Positions 1 through 13,174 of a stretch of 64,000 nt of DNA are shown here, one piece after another. The notes beneath the pieces were generated by a model that searched no databases, was not told the origin of the DNA, and was given only the letters and a program-made list of their open reading frames with translations. Source of the stretch: Mobula hypostoma (lineage: Eukaryota); contig NC_086097.1 of assembly GCF_963921235.1 (NCBI RefSeq), forward strand, positions 41,046,001 to 41,110,000, written 5' to 3'. How positions within the stretch are numbered: the first letter of the stretch is position 1; each line of letters starts with the position of its first letter. Both the position numbers and the translations under genes were made by a program.

Positions 1-395
1 TTTTATGTTTCGATCAGATCCCCTCTCATCCTTCTAAATTCCAGTGTATACAAGCCCAGTCACTCCAATCTTTCAATCTATGACATTCCCACCATCCCTG
101 GAATTAACCCAGTGAACCTACGCTGCACTCCCTCAATAGCATGAATGTCCTTCCTCAAATTTGGAGACCAAAACTTCACACAATACTCCAGATGGGGTCT
201 CACCAGGGCCTTGTACAGCTGCAGAAGGACCTCTTTGCTCCTATACTCAACTCCCCTTGTTATGAAGGCCAACATGCCATTAGCTTTCTTCACTGCCTGC
301 TGTACCTGTATGCTTACTTTCAGTGACTGATGAACAAGGACACCCAGATCTCGTTGTACTTCCCCTTTTCCTAACTTGACACCATTCAGATTTAA
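1..395 (-). mobile_element. CR1 LINE ORF2 C-terminal fragment (runs off the window start)
   Basis: ORF 78..425 contains RDLGVLVH, KKANGMLAFI, LYKALVRPHLEYCVKFWSP and EGVQRRFT, typical CR1 post-RT motifs. Confidence 0.9.
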
Positions 396-2384
396 TGTAA
401 CCTCTAACATTAAGGACAAAGGCAACAGGTAAGTGGTGACACCACCAATTGCAGGTCCTCAGTGCACAGTGTCGGGACTTGGAAATGTATCCTGTTCATT
501 CTTTAGTTCTAGATCTGAAGCAATGAATGTTCTCCTCAGCACAGGACATTGCCGTACAGTCAGCATGTCATACAGGATGGAAAATGGTCTTCGACCCAGT
601 GGGTCCTCACATCAAGCATCCAGTTCACACTGATCCTTTTGACAGTATACAGTACTTTCACCAAGGACAGCTTACCACAACATTCTTAAGGGACACTAGG
701 AATGGATGATAAATGCTGACAATCAAAAGTAAATTGAGGAATATATCAATAAAGCCAAGAAGTTATTTTCCTAATCTTTGCCTCCTCTGCTAAACTGGGG
801 TGCAGTTTTTTTGGGGAAAAATAATGGGAGAAGCTGGAGAATTTCTACATCCATCACAACAGACACCCAAACACCAGTGTAAGCCTATAACTCAGCCTCT
901 GTTTCTTCTTCCTTCGGGTTGCTGATAGTAAGTCGAGCATCTTGGAATTGGTCCTTTTGGAATTTGCTTTGGGGTATCACAGTGCATCAAAATGAAGTCC
1001 TAGTTTCTCAAATATTGGGGTGAATTTTCAGATGTGAAAGATAATCCATTCCATCCTTGGAGTTGGAAGTAAGAAACTGAAGTCCAAGTAGATTAAGCAT
1101 GTGTAAGATTGCATAACTATTGCCTTTTCAATCGAACCATCTAAGCAGCATAAGACAGCAATCTATTTGACATGTTTCTGTAATTCTCCTGGAGCTCAAA
1201 CACCGGTCAGAGGGCTTTGATATCACTGGAGAATGTGCTCCTGGATGTTTTTGTTTCCGGTTGGTCAGCTTTGCTCACTAACTTATTTTTTGGAATAAGT
1301 TGATGTTACATTTTATCTGTGACTCAAGTATCGTGTCAAAGTCTTTTCAAGGATCCTTGGGCCAGTGAAGAGTAGAAAAAAAGGGAGGATTAGTCTTACA
1401 TCACTAGGCCCATCGTCACCTTGACAAAGCAAGCAACCAGTCGTGTTCCCATCCCACCAGGTACTTCCATTCAAATCAGCAGATGAAATGATTGTGTGAA
1501 GGGAAGGACACTGATGGTCCCTTGCACCCATGCACCCTTTTAATGGTGGAAGCTAGTGCTGACTTCTATCTTCAGTATCTATTTTTTATCATGCCTTTCC
1601 AGCCGCCGTTCATCTCGACAATGTAACTGCAGAATATTTAGTTCTGTTTTGACCTCCTAAATGACAAGTAGTAAATATATTTGCTCTGAGCACGGGCACT
1701 TTCGTAGCAGAATTAGTATCCGTTGGTCTTCACAGTCTTGGCTGTTGCATGCATTTTGTAGGATATAAAGCAGGTACTAATTATCTTCAAGTACTGAACG
1801 TATAATACCTGACCTAGAGTGTAGCAGGCACAAACAAGAAAATTGTGGTTTTGATTTGCATAAGTGTAAAGCTCAATGTGGTAAGTTGTGCAGTTATATA
1901 GTTTATAGGCAAATCACGAATTGATTATCTAGACCATCCAGAATGCTTGAAATCTTAAAACATTTACCTGTGACCAAAATTTATCAAGTTACATTTCAAA
2001 ATGATCTAGTGCTACAATTATTGTGTGTTATAGGTTTGCTAAATGGGACAGATTCAATTTTGTTGCTGTTGTACTTTGCAAAGTCTAATTCAACTCGGTT
2101 TGCTTGTCTAATCAGTTTATTTTAAACATATGATTTATGACTTTTTACAAAACAGATATTTTTGTCTAACAGGATGGTAATGGCATGGGTAAACGCTGAA
2201 AGTAGCTTGTACTGCCAGTAAATCATGCAGTGGAGTGTTTTAATTTTTAAGCCATTAATTACCTCAAACAGAAATCAGGACTACAGGTGTAGAAACCCTT
2301 TATATTTTCCATTTTGATGCAGAATTTTATTGGCATCCTGCTCAGATAGGAATGATGGGTGATACTCAAGGCAATTAAGAGACC

Positions 2385-2610
2385 CGAAGCTGCAAATGTT
2401 GAAAGATAAGGCAACAAACTATCTGCTGAAAGAATTCAGTGGGCCAAGCCCACATAGGTTGGGGATGGAGCGGAATTATCGAAGTTTTGAGTTAAAACCC
2501 TGCATCACTATGAAACTCTGATCAAGGTCTTTGATGCAAAACATCAGCAGTTCCTGTCTCCCAACAAATGCTGCTCAACACTTTGCATTCCTCCAGCACA
2601 TATCATTTGT
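2385..2610. repeat. Inverted pair of Penelope-type terminal repeat units (degenerate palindrome)
   Basis: Left arm tgctgaaagaattcagtggg..gttttgagttaaaaccctgcatca is the approximate reverse complement of right arm tgatcaaggtctttgatgcaaaac..cattcctccagca. Same unit as at 38910-39010. Confidence 0.6.
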
Positions 2611-2809
2611 TGTTACCTCAGGGGAACACTTGGTTCTTTTATAGCATTGTTATTTATAGCAAAGGCAGTCCTAATTAGTTACACTGCTGCCTCCTATAGC
2701 CAGGCCAAACAATTGATCTTATATGAAATCCAAAACCTGCTTGTTAAAAATAATTTGTTCAGTCCCTGTATGGACACATTAGGATCTAAGCCAGGGACTG
2801 GGAAAATGA

Positions 2810-3680
2810 TGTGTGGAGTCATGGAGCCCTTCGGCCCAATGAGTTATGGTGACGACTCAGCAAGTTGTAATTTCCTGTGTTCAACCTATGTCCCTCTAAG
2901 ACTTGCATGTACATGTCTAGTGCTTCCTAAATGATATTATTGTCCCTGCCTCACCTACTTCCTCTGCCAGTTCATTCCGTACACTCACCATCCTCTGTAT
3001 GAAGAAGTTACCAGTCTGGCCCCTTTTAAATCTTTCCCCTCTCACCCGAAATCTACATTCCCTTGTTCTATACTTCCCTACCCTGGGGAAAAGACTGCTA
3101 TCACCTAACTTATCTATGCCCCTCATGATTTAATAAGACTCTATAATGTCACAGTTCATTTTCTTACTCTCAAAGGAATAACGACCTAGCCTAGCCAACC
3201 TCCCCTATAACTAGTCTAGTTCCCTAGTCCTGACAACATCCTTTTCTGCACTTTCCCCAGTTTGACCATATCTTTCCTAAAACAGAGTGACTAAAACTAT
3301 ACAGAGTACCTCAAGTGTGGCATCGCCTATGACTTGTACAACTGCAACATTATGCCTCAACTCCTATACTCAGTGCCCTGACTGATTAAGGCCAGCATCA
3401 CCCCCGTTCTACCCGTGACACCACTGTTCAATGACCTATGCACTTGTACTGCTTGGTCCCTCAGCCTACCATTATAGTATAGGTCCTACGCTGGTTTGAC
3501 TTTTCAAAATGTGTGGAGGAACTCAGCAAGCCAGGCAGCATCTATGGAGGGGAATAAATGGTTAACATTTTGGACCAAGAGCCTTCATCAGAACTCCAGC
3601 ATCTGCAGAAGCTCTTGTCTCTATCACCTCCCACTTAACTGTATTGAAGTCCATTTGCTACTCCTCAGCCACTTCCATTA
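2810..3680 (-). mobile_element. CR1 3' fragment, interrupted at about 3510-3620 by a Penelope terminal-repeat fragment
   Basis: ORF 2917..3126 (MRGIDK..LFPRVG..FFIQRMVSVRNEL) is a CR1 C-terminus; ggaggaactcagcaagccaggcagcatctatgg motif at 3515-3550. Confidence 0.8.
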
Positions 3681-3803
3681 AGTGAAAGAGAATCTGTAGT
3701 AGGTATTTGGAAAAGTTCCCTATAAAAAGCAAATTGTTATCTGAAGTCTGACTAGCGGGAGATGTGACAAACTATGAATGCTTAAAGATGTGTGTGGACA
3801 TAA

Positions 3804-4622
3804 TAGATAGATAGATAGATATACTTTATTAATCCCAGGGGAAATTTGTGTTTGTTACAGCCACACCAACCAAGAATAGAGCGTAAATATAGCAATACAA
3901 AAACCCCCAACAACCAAACAACAAAATGTAAACTATGTCAGATGGAAAATAAGTCCAGGACCAGTCTATTGGATCAAGGTGTCTGACCCTTCACGGGAGG
4001 AGCTGCATGTTCGATGGCCACGGGCAGGAACGACCTCCTGTGCTGCCAAGTGTTATATCACGGTGGAATGTGGCCGAAGTCCAACAGTAAGAAGTTCAAT
4101 ATCCAGTCTGCAAACACGTTCCTCGATCGTAGTACGCCCCGGATTGCACCATCTTTTGTTAGCCAGAACAGTAAACACCCAATTCCTTTATGCTTACCGC
4201 TCTCAGTGCACTTCCGGTCAGCTGGAACGGTATTACCCACTGAACTCCTCTTCTCCAAAAGTCTCTATTGTCTCGACCCAGTCCTCTTTCCTCGGCTTTG
4301 TGATCCCCTTCTGTGTGTTTTCCTCTGGATTTCAGCAGGGGTGTCCGCCGCTCTGCTCGCTAAACCGGCCGGTATTTGCTGGTCTGTGGAATACACAATG
4401 CGACCTTGCTTCTGTCCCGCATGTCAGGATACAACCATTTCTAGCGTTAAAGAAAACGCAAATAAAACTCTCTCTACCAGCATGTTAGAGAGGGTGCAGC
4501 TTCGTTGTGTTACAGTGAGAAAAAAAACAAAAAATAACGTAAATTAAAAAGTAAGAAGAATAAAGTAAGAATAGATCGGAACGGCTGTACCAGGCTGCAT
4601 GCACGACTGGCACATGCGCACT
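3804..4622 (-). mobile_element. Non-autonomous, multiply internally deleted Rex1/Babar-type LINE derivative with (TCTA)n tail
   Basis: Minus strand shows, in order: 5' leader, N-terminal PAEIQRKTHR..RGKRTGSR-like segment, APE fragment ADRKCTESGKHKG / ANKRWCNPG, RT-like ADWILNFL, C-terminal HRRSFLPVAI, then AATAAA and (TCTA)n. Confidence 0.7.
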
Positions 4623-5044
4623 AATATAATGAGCACAGCTCAAGGGATTGAAGAGGCAAGTTGAATTGAATGCCTCCAAATTTAGGATCACTATATCTAA
4701 TTTACTCCGTACTTTAACAGTTGGGATTCAGAGACTTAATGAGAGGTGGATGAAAGCAGGAGATAGTTGGAGAAAATGCAGATATTGCAAGATAAATTGG
4801 ACAAAATATGTAGATAACTTGAACAATGGGAGCTGAAAAGTAATGAAAACAAATATAGAAGAAATACAAAATAATTAAATATATGAACTAATGAGGAATA
4901 ACGAAAAGGACAAGGGTGAAGCTGAGTAAAATGCACGAGCTTTGTTGTAGTCAGTAACAAATATGCTGAACCAAAACTATGGAGCAGTCAACTAATTCAT
5001 GCAATGTGCTGAACTACATAGTCAGCAGTTGAATCCAAAATAAA

Positions 5045-7770
5045 ATACAAGAGGTCCAGGTACGATCTCTGGAAAACCATCTTGCATGTGAAGTGGCAAT
5101 TCTGCACCAAACTCGAATCACAGATGGATGCTCGACAGTTCTGACAGGGCTTGAAATGCTATCACCTTCTACAAAGTAAAACCAAGTGATATATGTGTCA
5201 ATAAAGTTTTGTTCCCGGATGAGCTCAATGCCTTCTATGCTTACTTTGACTGACAAAACATGGAGACAACGCCTACAGCCCCTAACAACCCTGTGATTTT
5301 GGTTTCTAAGGATGACATGAGAGCATCCATCAGAGAGGTGAGCCCACAGAAAGCACCCAGCCCAGACAGTTTACCTTGCCAAGTACTGAAGACCTGTACT
5401 AATCGACTGGCTGGAGAGTTTGCTGAGATCTTTAACCTCTTACTTTGGCAGTCTGAGGTATCACTTGTTTCAAGCAAGCTTTAATTATATCAGTGCCCAC
5501 GAAGAACATGGCAAATTACCTCAATGACTATCATCCAGTAGCACTTACATCCACTGTGATGAAGTGCTTTTGAGAGGTTGGTGATGAAACATATCTACTC
5601 CTGCCTGAGAAGCAACTTGGATCCGCTCCAATTTGCCTACCAGAGCAACAGATTGACAGCAGGTGCCATTTCACTGGCACTTCACTGAAACCTTGAACAT
5701 CTGGACAATGAAGATATATTCATCAGGATGCTCTTCATTGCATACAGCTCTGCATTCAACACAATTATCCACTCAAAAATAATCAACAAGCTCCACGATC
5801 TAGGTCTCAATACCTCCTTGTGCAACTGGATACTCAGTTTGCTCACCTGCAGGTCTCAGTCAGCTTGAATTGGCAACGTCTCCTCAACACCAGGTGCAAC
5901 CACAAGGTTGTGTGCTTAGCTCCCTACTCTACTCAGTTTATACTGTCATGTACCCTGTGACAGGTTAAAGATCCAGCAGAAATGGAAAACACTTTGGAGT
6001 CCAGTATTGCTATTAACTAATGAAAATTATTAATAACTACACAATACAGTAATATAAATGCAAATGCAGATAAATCAAACAGGTTAGCAATGATTATATA
6101 TAAATATGTGTGGAAATATATGAAAACCAAGCTTCAAGTCTGGGGGTAAATAGATGGTCTTACGATGATGAGTAAAGTTCAGTTCAGTTCATGGTATTGA
6201 GTTGAGTAGTGATGGAGAGAGAGGGAGAAATTTGAGTCTTCAGGCGAGCTGACGCCGTCGATCTTCCCGTTGTCCTCCGAAATCTTTTAGAAGTCACCAA
6301 CTGTGACCACAACAAAGGGGACCGTTCTTCTGTGGTGGAATTATTAACCCAGGTGAAGGTCGGACACAAATAACCCCTCACCGGTCATGTCCTGTTCACA
6401 CTGCGAGAGCCACTGATTGATCCGCCTGATCGATCCTCTAAAACCCACTTTTTTCTGTGGGCACAACAAAGCTCATTCAGTGTCCAAGACCATGTGTCTG
6501 TCCGTTTATCATCTGACCTTCTATATATCTCACCGTGCCAAATACTAGCTGTCACTCAAACAGCTCCACCCTTCTCTGTCTGTAAGAATTTCCAAGCAGG
6601 CAGTATCCTTGTAGAAATGTAAACATGCTGCAGAAAACCCATAACATCATCTAAAGCTGTCTTCGTCTCTCCCTCTCTTAAAAACAAGATGTCGGTGTTA
6701 AATAACTTTCTTTCTCTTTTCAAAAGCACAGTTCATCGGGGTAATTCAGGACCCCGTCACAATACTTACGACTGTGAGGCTAAGCACATCTCCAATGCCA
6801 TATATAAGTTTGCTAACAACATCACTGTCGTTGGCTGAGACAAAGGTGGTGACGAATCAGCACACAGGAGGGAGGCTGAGAATCTGACTGAATGGTGTCA
6901 CAACAGCAACGTCAGCAAAACCAAAGAACTAATTATTGACTACACGAGGAGGAAACTGGAAATCCATGAGCCAGTCCTCATCAGGGCATCAGAGGTAGAG
7001 AGGGTCAGAAACTTTTAAATTTCTTGGAATTATCATTTCAGAGGATCGGTCCTAGGTCCAGCATGTAAGTGCCATTACAATGAAAGCATGACAGCGTCTC
7101 TACTTTCTTAGAAGTTTGCAAAGATGTTGCATGTCACTTAAAACTTTGACAAACTTCTATAGATGTGTGGCGGAGAATATACTGACTGTGTGCATCACCG
7201 TCTCATATGGAAAGACCAAAGCCCTTGTACGGAAAGGCCTACAAATATAGAGAGGGTATAGGTAAAGCCCTCTCCACTACTGAGCACATCTATAAGGAGG
7301 GCTGTCCCTGGAAAGAAGTAACCATCAGCAATGACCCGCACCACGCAGGACATGCACTCTTGTCACTGCTGCCCTCAGGAAGGAGCTATAGGAGCCTCAG
7401 TTTCCATACTACCACTTTCAGGAAGTTATTACCCCTCACCATCAGGCTCCTGAACCAGAGTGGACAAATTCACATGTGATACTGAACTGATTCCACAACC
7501 TATGGACACTTCCAAGGACTCTACAACTCACATTCTTAATATTTATTTATTTATTATTATTAATGTTTTGTTATTTTTTTCTTTTTGTATTTACGCAGTT
7601 TGTTGTCTTTTGCACACTGGTCGTTTGCTCATTCTTGTTGTATGCAGTTCTTCATTGACTTTATTGTGTTTCTTTGTATTTACTTTGAATGCTTACAAGA
7701 AAATAAATTCCGGGTAGTATATGGTGACATATATATGTACAGTATTTTGATGAAATTTACTTTGAACTTT
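5045..7770 (+). mobile_element. Rex1/Babar-type LINE, 5'-truncated and decayed, split by a solo LTR
   Basis: Motifs KAPSPD..VLKTC..LAG.F..IFNL, LNDYHPVALTSTVMKCF, LDPLQFAY, QGCVLS.LLYS.YT|YDC, FANN (decayed FADD); 3' tail tttactttgaacttt. Confidence 0.85.
5944..6761 (-). mobile_element. Solo-LTR-like insertion (818 bp)
   Basis: TG..CA termini (TGTCA..TCACA) and a perfect 4-bp TSD ATAC (5940-5943 / 6762-6765). Removing it restores the host RT codons TAT ACT TAC GAC TGT. Strand is tentative. Confidence 0.8.
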
Positions 7771-8414
7771 ATCCATTTAATATGCTGATAGAGCTACTCT
7801 CTCGGATAGACCAGAGGCAGTGTCTCCTCTCAGTGGCTGCAGCAACGACCTATTCAAAGAAGTTCTTCCAGTATTTATTTCTCAAATGATAATCACGTTT
7901 CTGGAAAAATGCCATGCATAAAAGAGCAGACTTTTGTCACCATTTGTGGCAATAATGACAGTTCAAAAATATTTTGTTGGATATGAAATACATTGGGGAC
8001 ATTTTCAGAGTATGAAAGTTCAAATATAATTATGGCTTTAATTTTCTGAAGAGTTGTGATGTGTCCCCACTTGTTATTGAAGAACTCCCAACTTAATTGT
8101 AATGGCTTTTTCATAAATTTGGTGAGGATGCCAAAAAATGTAGCAGCCTGGTGATTGTCCTTTGCCAAATAAGGAAATTTAAGTAATAGCACAAGGGAAG
8201 TGGTATTTCCATGAAAAAGTGAGTAATGATGTATAAAAATAAATAATTTTAAGCATGCCTGTTTGACATTAGCAGAGTGGGCAGAAAATACTGGAGACCA
8301 TTAGCAGGACAGGCAGCATCTGAATGCATTTGTAAGAATGCATCAATCTGCAGAAGCTGAAAAATATGAAACAAAAAACAATATGGACAAAAAATTCACG
8401 CAGTAACTCAGTGA

Positions 8415-9620
8415 GTGAGGCCTCCATTGGTCACGGTTGACCATGGATGTTACGTCCTAGCTGTCTAGATACGCAAGCCTGGGCAGTACGATATGGAGAG
8501 CAAGCTGTTGCCCGTGTAGAAAAGAACAGCAGAGACAAATACAGTTTGGTACCTGTTTCGCAAATCTAATATCTAAATAGAATAACTGTGACAAGTGGAT
8601 GCTGCGACTATTTGGTTTCACGTGAACAAATGGACCCAAACTCGATAGTTCCTTCAAAACCCACTTTATTGTTAATACAGAGAAGAAAATAGAGAGTTGC
8701 GAGAAATGCTTTATATTGTACACTACCTACACCACTAATAGGTAGGGCTAACTGAAGCAACCCCTAGTAGTCTACACCGCTGAGTATACTTAGCAACGTC
8801 TGCGTGGTCCCTGAAACAGGCGATCGACCGTGGACTGGCTAGGGTGGCGGTCCTTGGCGCCGGTTCAGCTGCTCGGCCCGAAGGTGGGACCCAGGCGAGT
8901 GGTCTGCGCAGGAAAGAACTTGCCCACCTTTATAGGTCTATTGCCACCTCCCAGTCCAGCTGGAAGGGGCTAAGCATCCAATCCAACACCTACACGACCC
9001 CAACTTGGGCCAATTCCAAGTCCTGATCACGTATTAGGCCAACATACATCCTTCACACCTGCAGGTCCCACAATTGGGTGGCCTCTGCCTCCCCAGGGAC
9101 AATACATCCTATTGAGCATACAATCAAACAATGTGAAGAACATTTTTAGAGACAAGGTAATTGGTTGCTTTTATGCAAATCAGCATTTTTAGCTTTGTTT
9201 TCATGCATGTCATCGGGTATACCAGGGGCATACATATATTGTTCTCCCCTTATTTAGTATCAAGGGTCAATCTGCCCAACAACATAAATTCCTGGACACG
9301 AGGAATTTTTGGGTGTGTAACATAAATTCCTACTTGTTAACTATTTCTTTACCATATCCATTTTCATACCCACTCACTCTACCCATACACTGTACACTTA
9401 CCTATACAATACCAGCAGTGTTGCAGGAGTTGCCAGTCAGCATTGAACTTGTCGTAAGACATTGAACTTGAATTAGGAACTCCAGCTCCGTAATTTTCCT
9501 TTGAGGTTTACTCCAGAAACCTTCCCCATGCGTGGGATTAGATGCAAATCAGCGGAGGTTTGAGATCAGAGTTTTGCCAACCACAGCTGACAAGCCCCAT
9601 CTGCAAAAAGCGACTTTTTT
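8415..9620. mobile_element. Short interspersed repeat (same family as 52921-53292), split by an LTR-like insert
   Basis: ggttgaccatggatgtt..acgcaagcc..tatggagagca and, after the insert, taccagcag..gcaggag align with the uninterrupted copy at 52921. Confidence 0.75.
8554..9408 (-). mobile_element. Solo-LTR-like insertion (855 bp)
   Basis: TG..CA termini and a 5-bp near-TSD GTACC/ATACC; cleanly interrupts a SINE. On the minus strand, TATAAA near 8930 precedes AATAAA near 8668. Confidence 0.65.
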
Positions 9621-12602
9621 AAGCTGTCAGATTTTAAGCAGTTTAGAAATGTCTTTCTAAAGGTCATTGTCCTAAAAATATTAGCTTCATTTCTCTCTCA
9701 CCAAATACTGCCTTAACCCGGTAAGTAATTCTAATGTTCTCTGCTTTTATTTCAAATTTACACCATCTGCAGTTGCCTGCTTTCCAGTTTTTACAACACC
9801 CTGCATTTCAGTTTTTTTTGTCACAGCAGGATGTATTTAGACTTTTCACCTACTCACGAACACCGTTTTAAATGTTCAGATGCAGGAAGATTTTCTGCTT
9901 TTAATCAGACAGTATCTATTGAAATTTAGTTCAATTGATGGTAGTCAGAATGTTACATGTTGAAGCCCCATTTTGATATTCTAGTAAAGTACAAAGAGAA
10001 GCTGCATTGATTATTATAAACATGAAATCTCTCCTGTTGAGTGCATTCCTGAGTTTTCTATTGTTTTTGTGTCTCTGCTGAAATGGGATTGTCAAATAAC
10101 TGAGTGAATTCCAGAACATTATGTTGCTTGGGACTCTCACAGTTTTAAACTTCAAGAACAAGAATAGGCTTTTTTGCTATTTGGACCCGTCCCATCATTC
10201 ATTTAATGGATTAATGGAGATAGGACTAATCTGAGCATCACTTTTATGAGGCCGTCTTTTATCTATATTGAGTGAATTTCTTGCCTATTGAAAATGTTGA
10301 ACCTGAAAATTTCAATTGACTCTTCATTCATGGCCTCTAAAAGAAGAAAAATTCGACTGTACATTGCCTAAGCCCAAAAACTTCAAATAATTTCCTGAAA
10401 TGCATCCTTCTAATTTCAAGATTATTCCCTTTGACCTCAATTCCTGCCTTCAGATGTAGTTTATAGTGTTTATCCATTTAAGTTCCTTGATTTTTAAAAC
10501 AGTGCTGTTTGTTCCCCTCCAATATCCTGTAATTAGTTCTGAAGCAAATTTATGTAAACTGTCCTTGTAAGTTAACCCTTTAAACTTCCTGAAGTGTAGC
10601 CATTGAGTATAGCCAAATGTTTGATCTTTTGAAAGAGTTGTTCTTTTATTATTATTAATTACATTAGGAGTGAGTTGGAATATGATTGATTACCTAACTC
10701 CACAAGTAATCTCCAGTAGGGTACAGATGAGATTGAAATTGAAATTAATAGCACAAAGCCCCAACCCCTCACTCTGACTGCTGGTCTCCAAACAAGATTC
10801 ATTCGTGTGTGCTTCTCCCATCAGAACTTAGTCCACAGCTGGATCCATCATCCAGTGCCCTCAGTAAAGTAATGGGATTAAATTCATGGGCATTTGACAC
10901 CCACTAAATAGCTGAAGAAGTTTATCAGCTGGTTAAAATACTTCCTCTGCAGCTATAAATGGTTCTGATGTTACAAAACAGCCAAATGATTATAATTACC
11001 AAAAACTTTTAAAAAATAAATTGAACCACTGTTTTTGATCGCCTGAACACTTAAAACCACTTTAAAATGTTTAAACAAGCTCAAATCTAAACCAATAAAT
11101 CCATAGATCAATCTCTTGTAGTTGTTGCCCTTGCTGATGAAGCCAACTAAACCATAAATGCTGGTGAACTATTACCTGGTTCAGCACCTTGAGAAGTTCA
11201 GGGCTGGAACACATTCACAAAAATAATTGGAAGCAGTTAGCTGCAACTTCAGGGCGTGAACATTCCCAAGCTTCCAATATTTCCACACAAACACCTGCCC
11301 AATATTCACCCAGAGCAATACTGAAAACACCTGGGTTAGATTGTTCAAATACAAACTGTGCTCATTTGTCATTGGACCGGGGTAGTGCATTGATGAATAC
11401 AAGGAGCACAATATGCAATGTGTTGTGTGCAGTGTAGGTGTATGTGGACATGAGGAGGGGTGGCATAGAAAGCAAACTACACATAAGAAGTGTTCACATG
11501 AGTAGACATCAGCAGTTTGTTGATTTGTAGAAAATGGATAATGATTCTTAATGAGTGTCTGGCAGATTAATTATGGCAGGATGCAAACAGTGAGTCACTT
11601 TTGGCAACATTTCCCTTTCCAACATCAGTGAATGTGGCGGGGATGTGAAAAAGTGAGCAGCCTTATTAGGCAGCAAACACATTCATGATGAATATTCTCT
11701 GTTTTGTTTGATTAACTGGAACATTTCTCAAGTTTATGTTCATAACATGATGCCATAGTATGAGAAACGGATGGTGTATACTGACTTAGATCAGTTATCC
11801 ATCTTTCTGTGTCTTGTCTATGCCATTACTAGGTGTGTAAAACCTTAATGAAATATGAATCACAATTCAGCTAGTGAAACTACATGGTACCTTTCACGCT
11901 GATTTTGGTTGCCAGAGGATATGAAGTCCTAAGATTGGGAGTAAAAATGGATTATTGAAGAAAGCATCAAATCATTTTGCAAATAATCAATTAGTTGACT
12001 GTGAACTGATTCCATGTTCACTGTATTCACAAAAAAATCACACTGCTTATGAGGTATTATGAATAGGGCACAGTGCTGTTATGCTTTGGTTGAATAGTTT
12101 TACTTGCTTGGTAATAGAACGAGCAAGAAAAGGAGTGGTACAGGGATTTAACTCTCAAAAGGAGGTACAATCTGAGAGAGTAGTCAGATCTTTCCCTTTG
12201 ATGGCTTGGCGGCTTGCCACAGTGCACAACTGATGAGATGCAGGAACAGACACCCACTTGTCCAGTCACCTATTGATTACTGTGCAATGTACAGGGAAGA
12301 CGCCCATTTTAATAGATTTTTTTACATTCTACAGCCCAATCAATAAATGTGGATTTGTATTATTCAACAATATATCATTATTATTCCAGTATCTTTTGTT
12401 ACAAATTGTGTTCCATCTTTCTATTATCAATAGAAGAGATTCAAGATAAAAATGCATTAATTAGAGGAACAAATAAATAAGGAAAAGAAAGAAATGAAAA
12501 TAAAAGAAACAATCTTTTGCTGAAGAATCTCGATCAAACTTTACCCCAATGAATCTGGGTAGTAGGGGAGAGGCATCATAGAAAGATGATGTGGTCAGTT
12601 TC

Positions 12603-12950
12603 AATAATAATAATAATAATAAGTACTTTATTGACCCTGAATGGGAAATTATTTTGTTACAGCAGCAACATTTTTAAAACTTAGCAATAATAATAAATAT
12701 AATAATGTTAACTAATAAAATACAGTATAATATACACAACAATTTATCAATGTGCAACAATAATGCACAAAAAAAACAGAATACAGTATTTACAATGATA
12801 TGTGTTCTACTTTTGCACAGAGATGGACGGTTGTATATGCTTATTGCATTTGGTAGGAAAGATTTTCTGCAATGATCCTTGTGACAGTGGAACTGAATGA
12901 ACCTGTTCAAAGCTGTGGAGAGGCAGATAGATTGTAGAGGATAGTGCATT
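12603..12950 (-). mobile_element. Rex1/Babar 3' end with (TTA)n tail
   Basis: NRFIQFHCHKDHCRKSFLPNAISIYN in ORF 12674..12958; AATAAA and (taa)n at 12603-12630. Confidence 0.75.
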
Positions 12951-13174
12951 TTGGTCACTTAAGGGATTGTTTCTGAATTTCTTTAGGAAGTAGAAACCAA
13001 ATTGGAGGGATTGAAACATGGATTTGGGAAAAGTTGGTCTCAAATTGATGTGGTAAGACTGAGGAGAGGAAAGTGAAATTAAAGATGTGATGATGAAGAA
13101 ACGGTCAAGAACGCTTGAGAAAATGCATTTTTGTAGGTGTGGAGGACACTGGGCAAGGAGCAATCTAAACTGAT

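Noticed and set aside
3979..4547. Overlapping plus-strand ORFs of 169 and 177 aa
   Set aside because: They are antisense to the Rex-derived element, show no domain motifs, and are explained by GC content.
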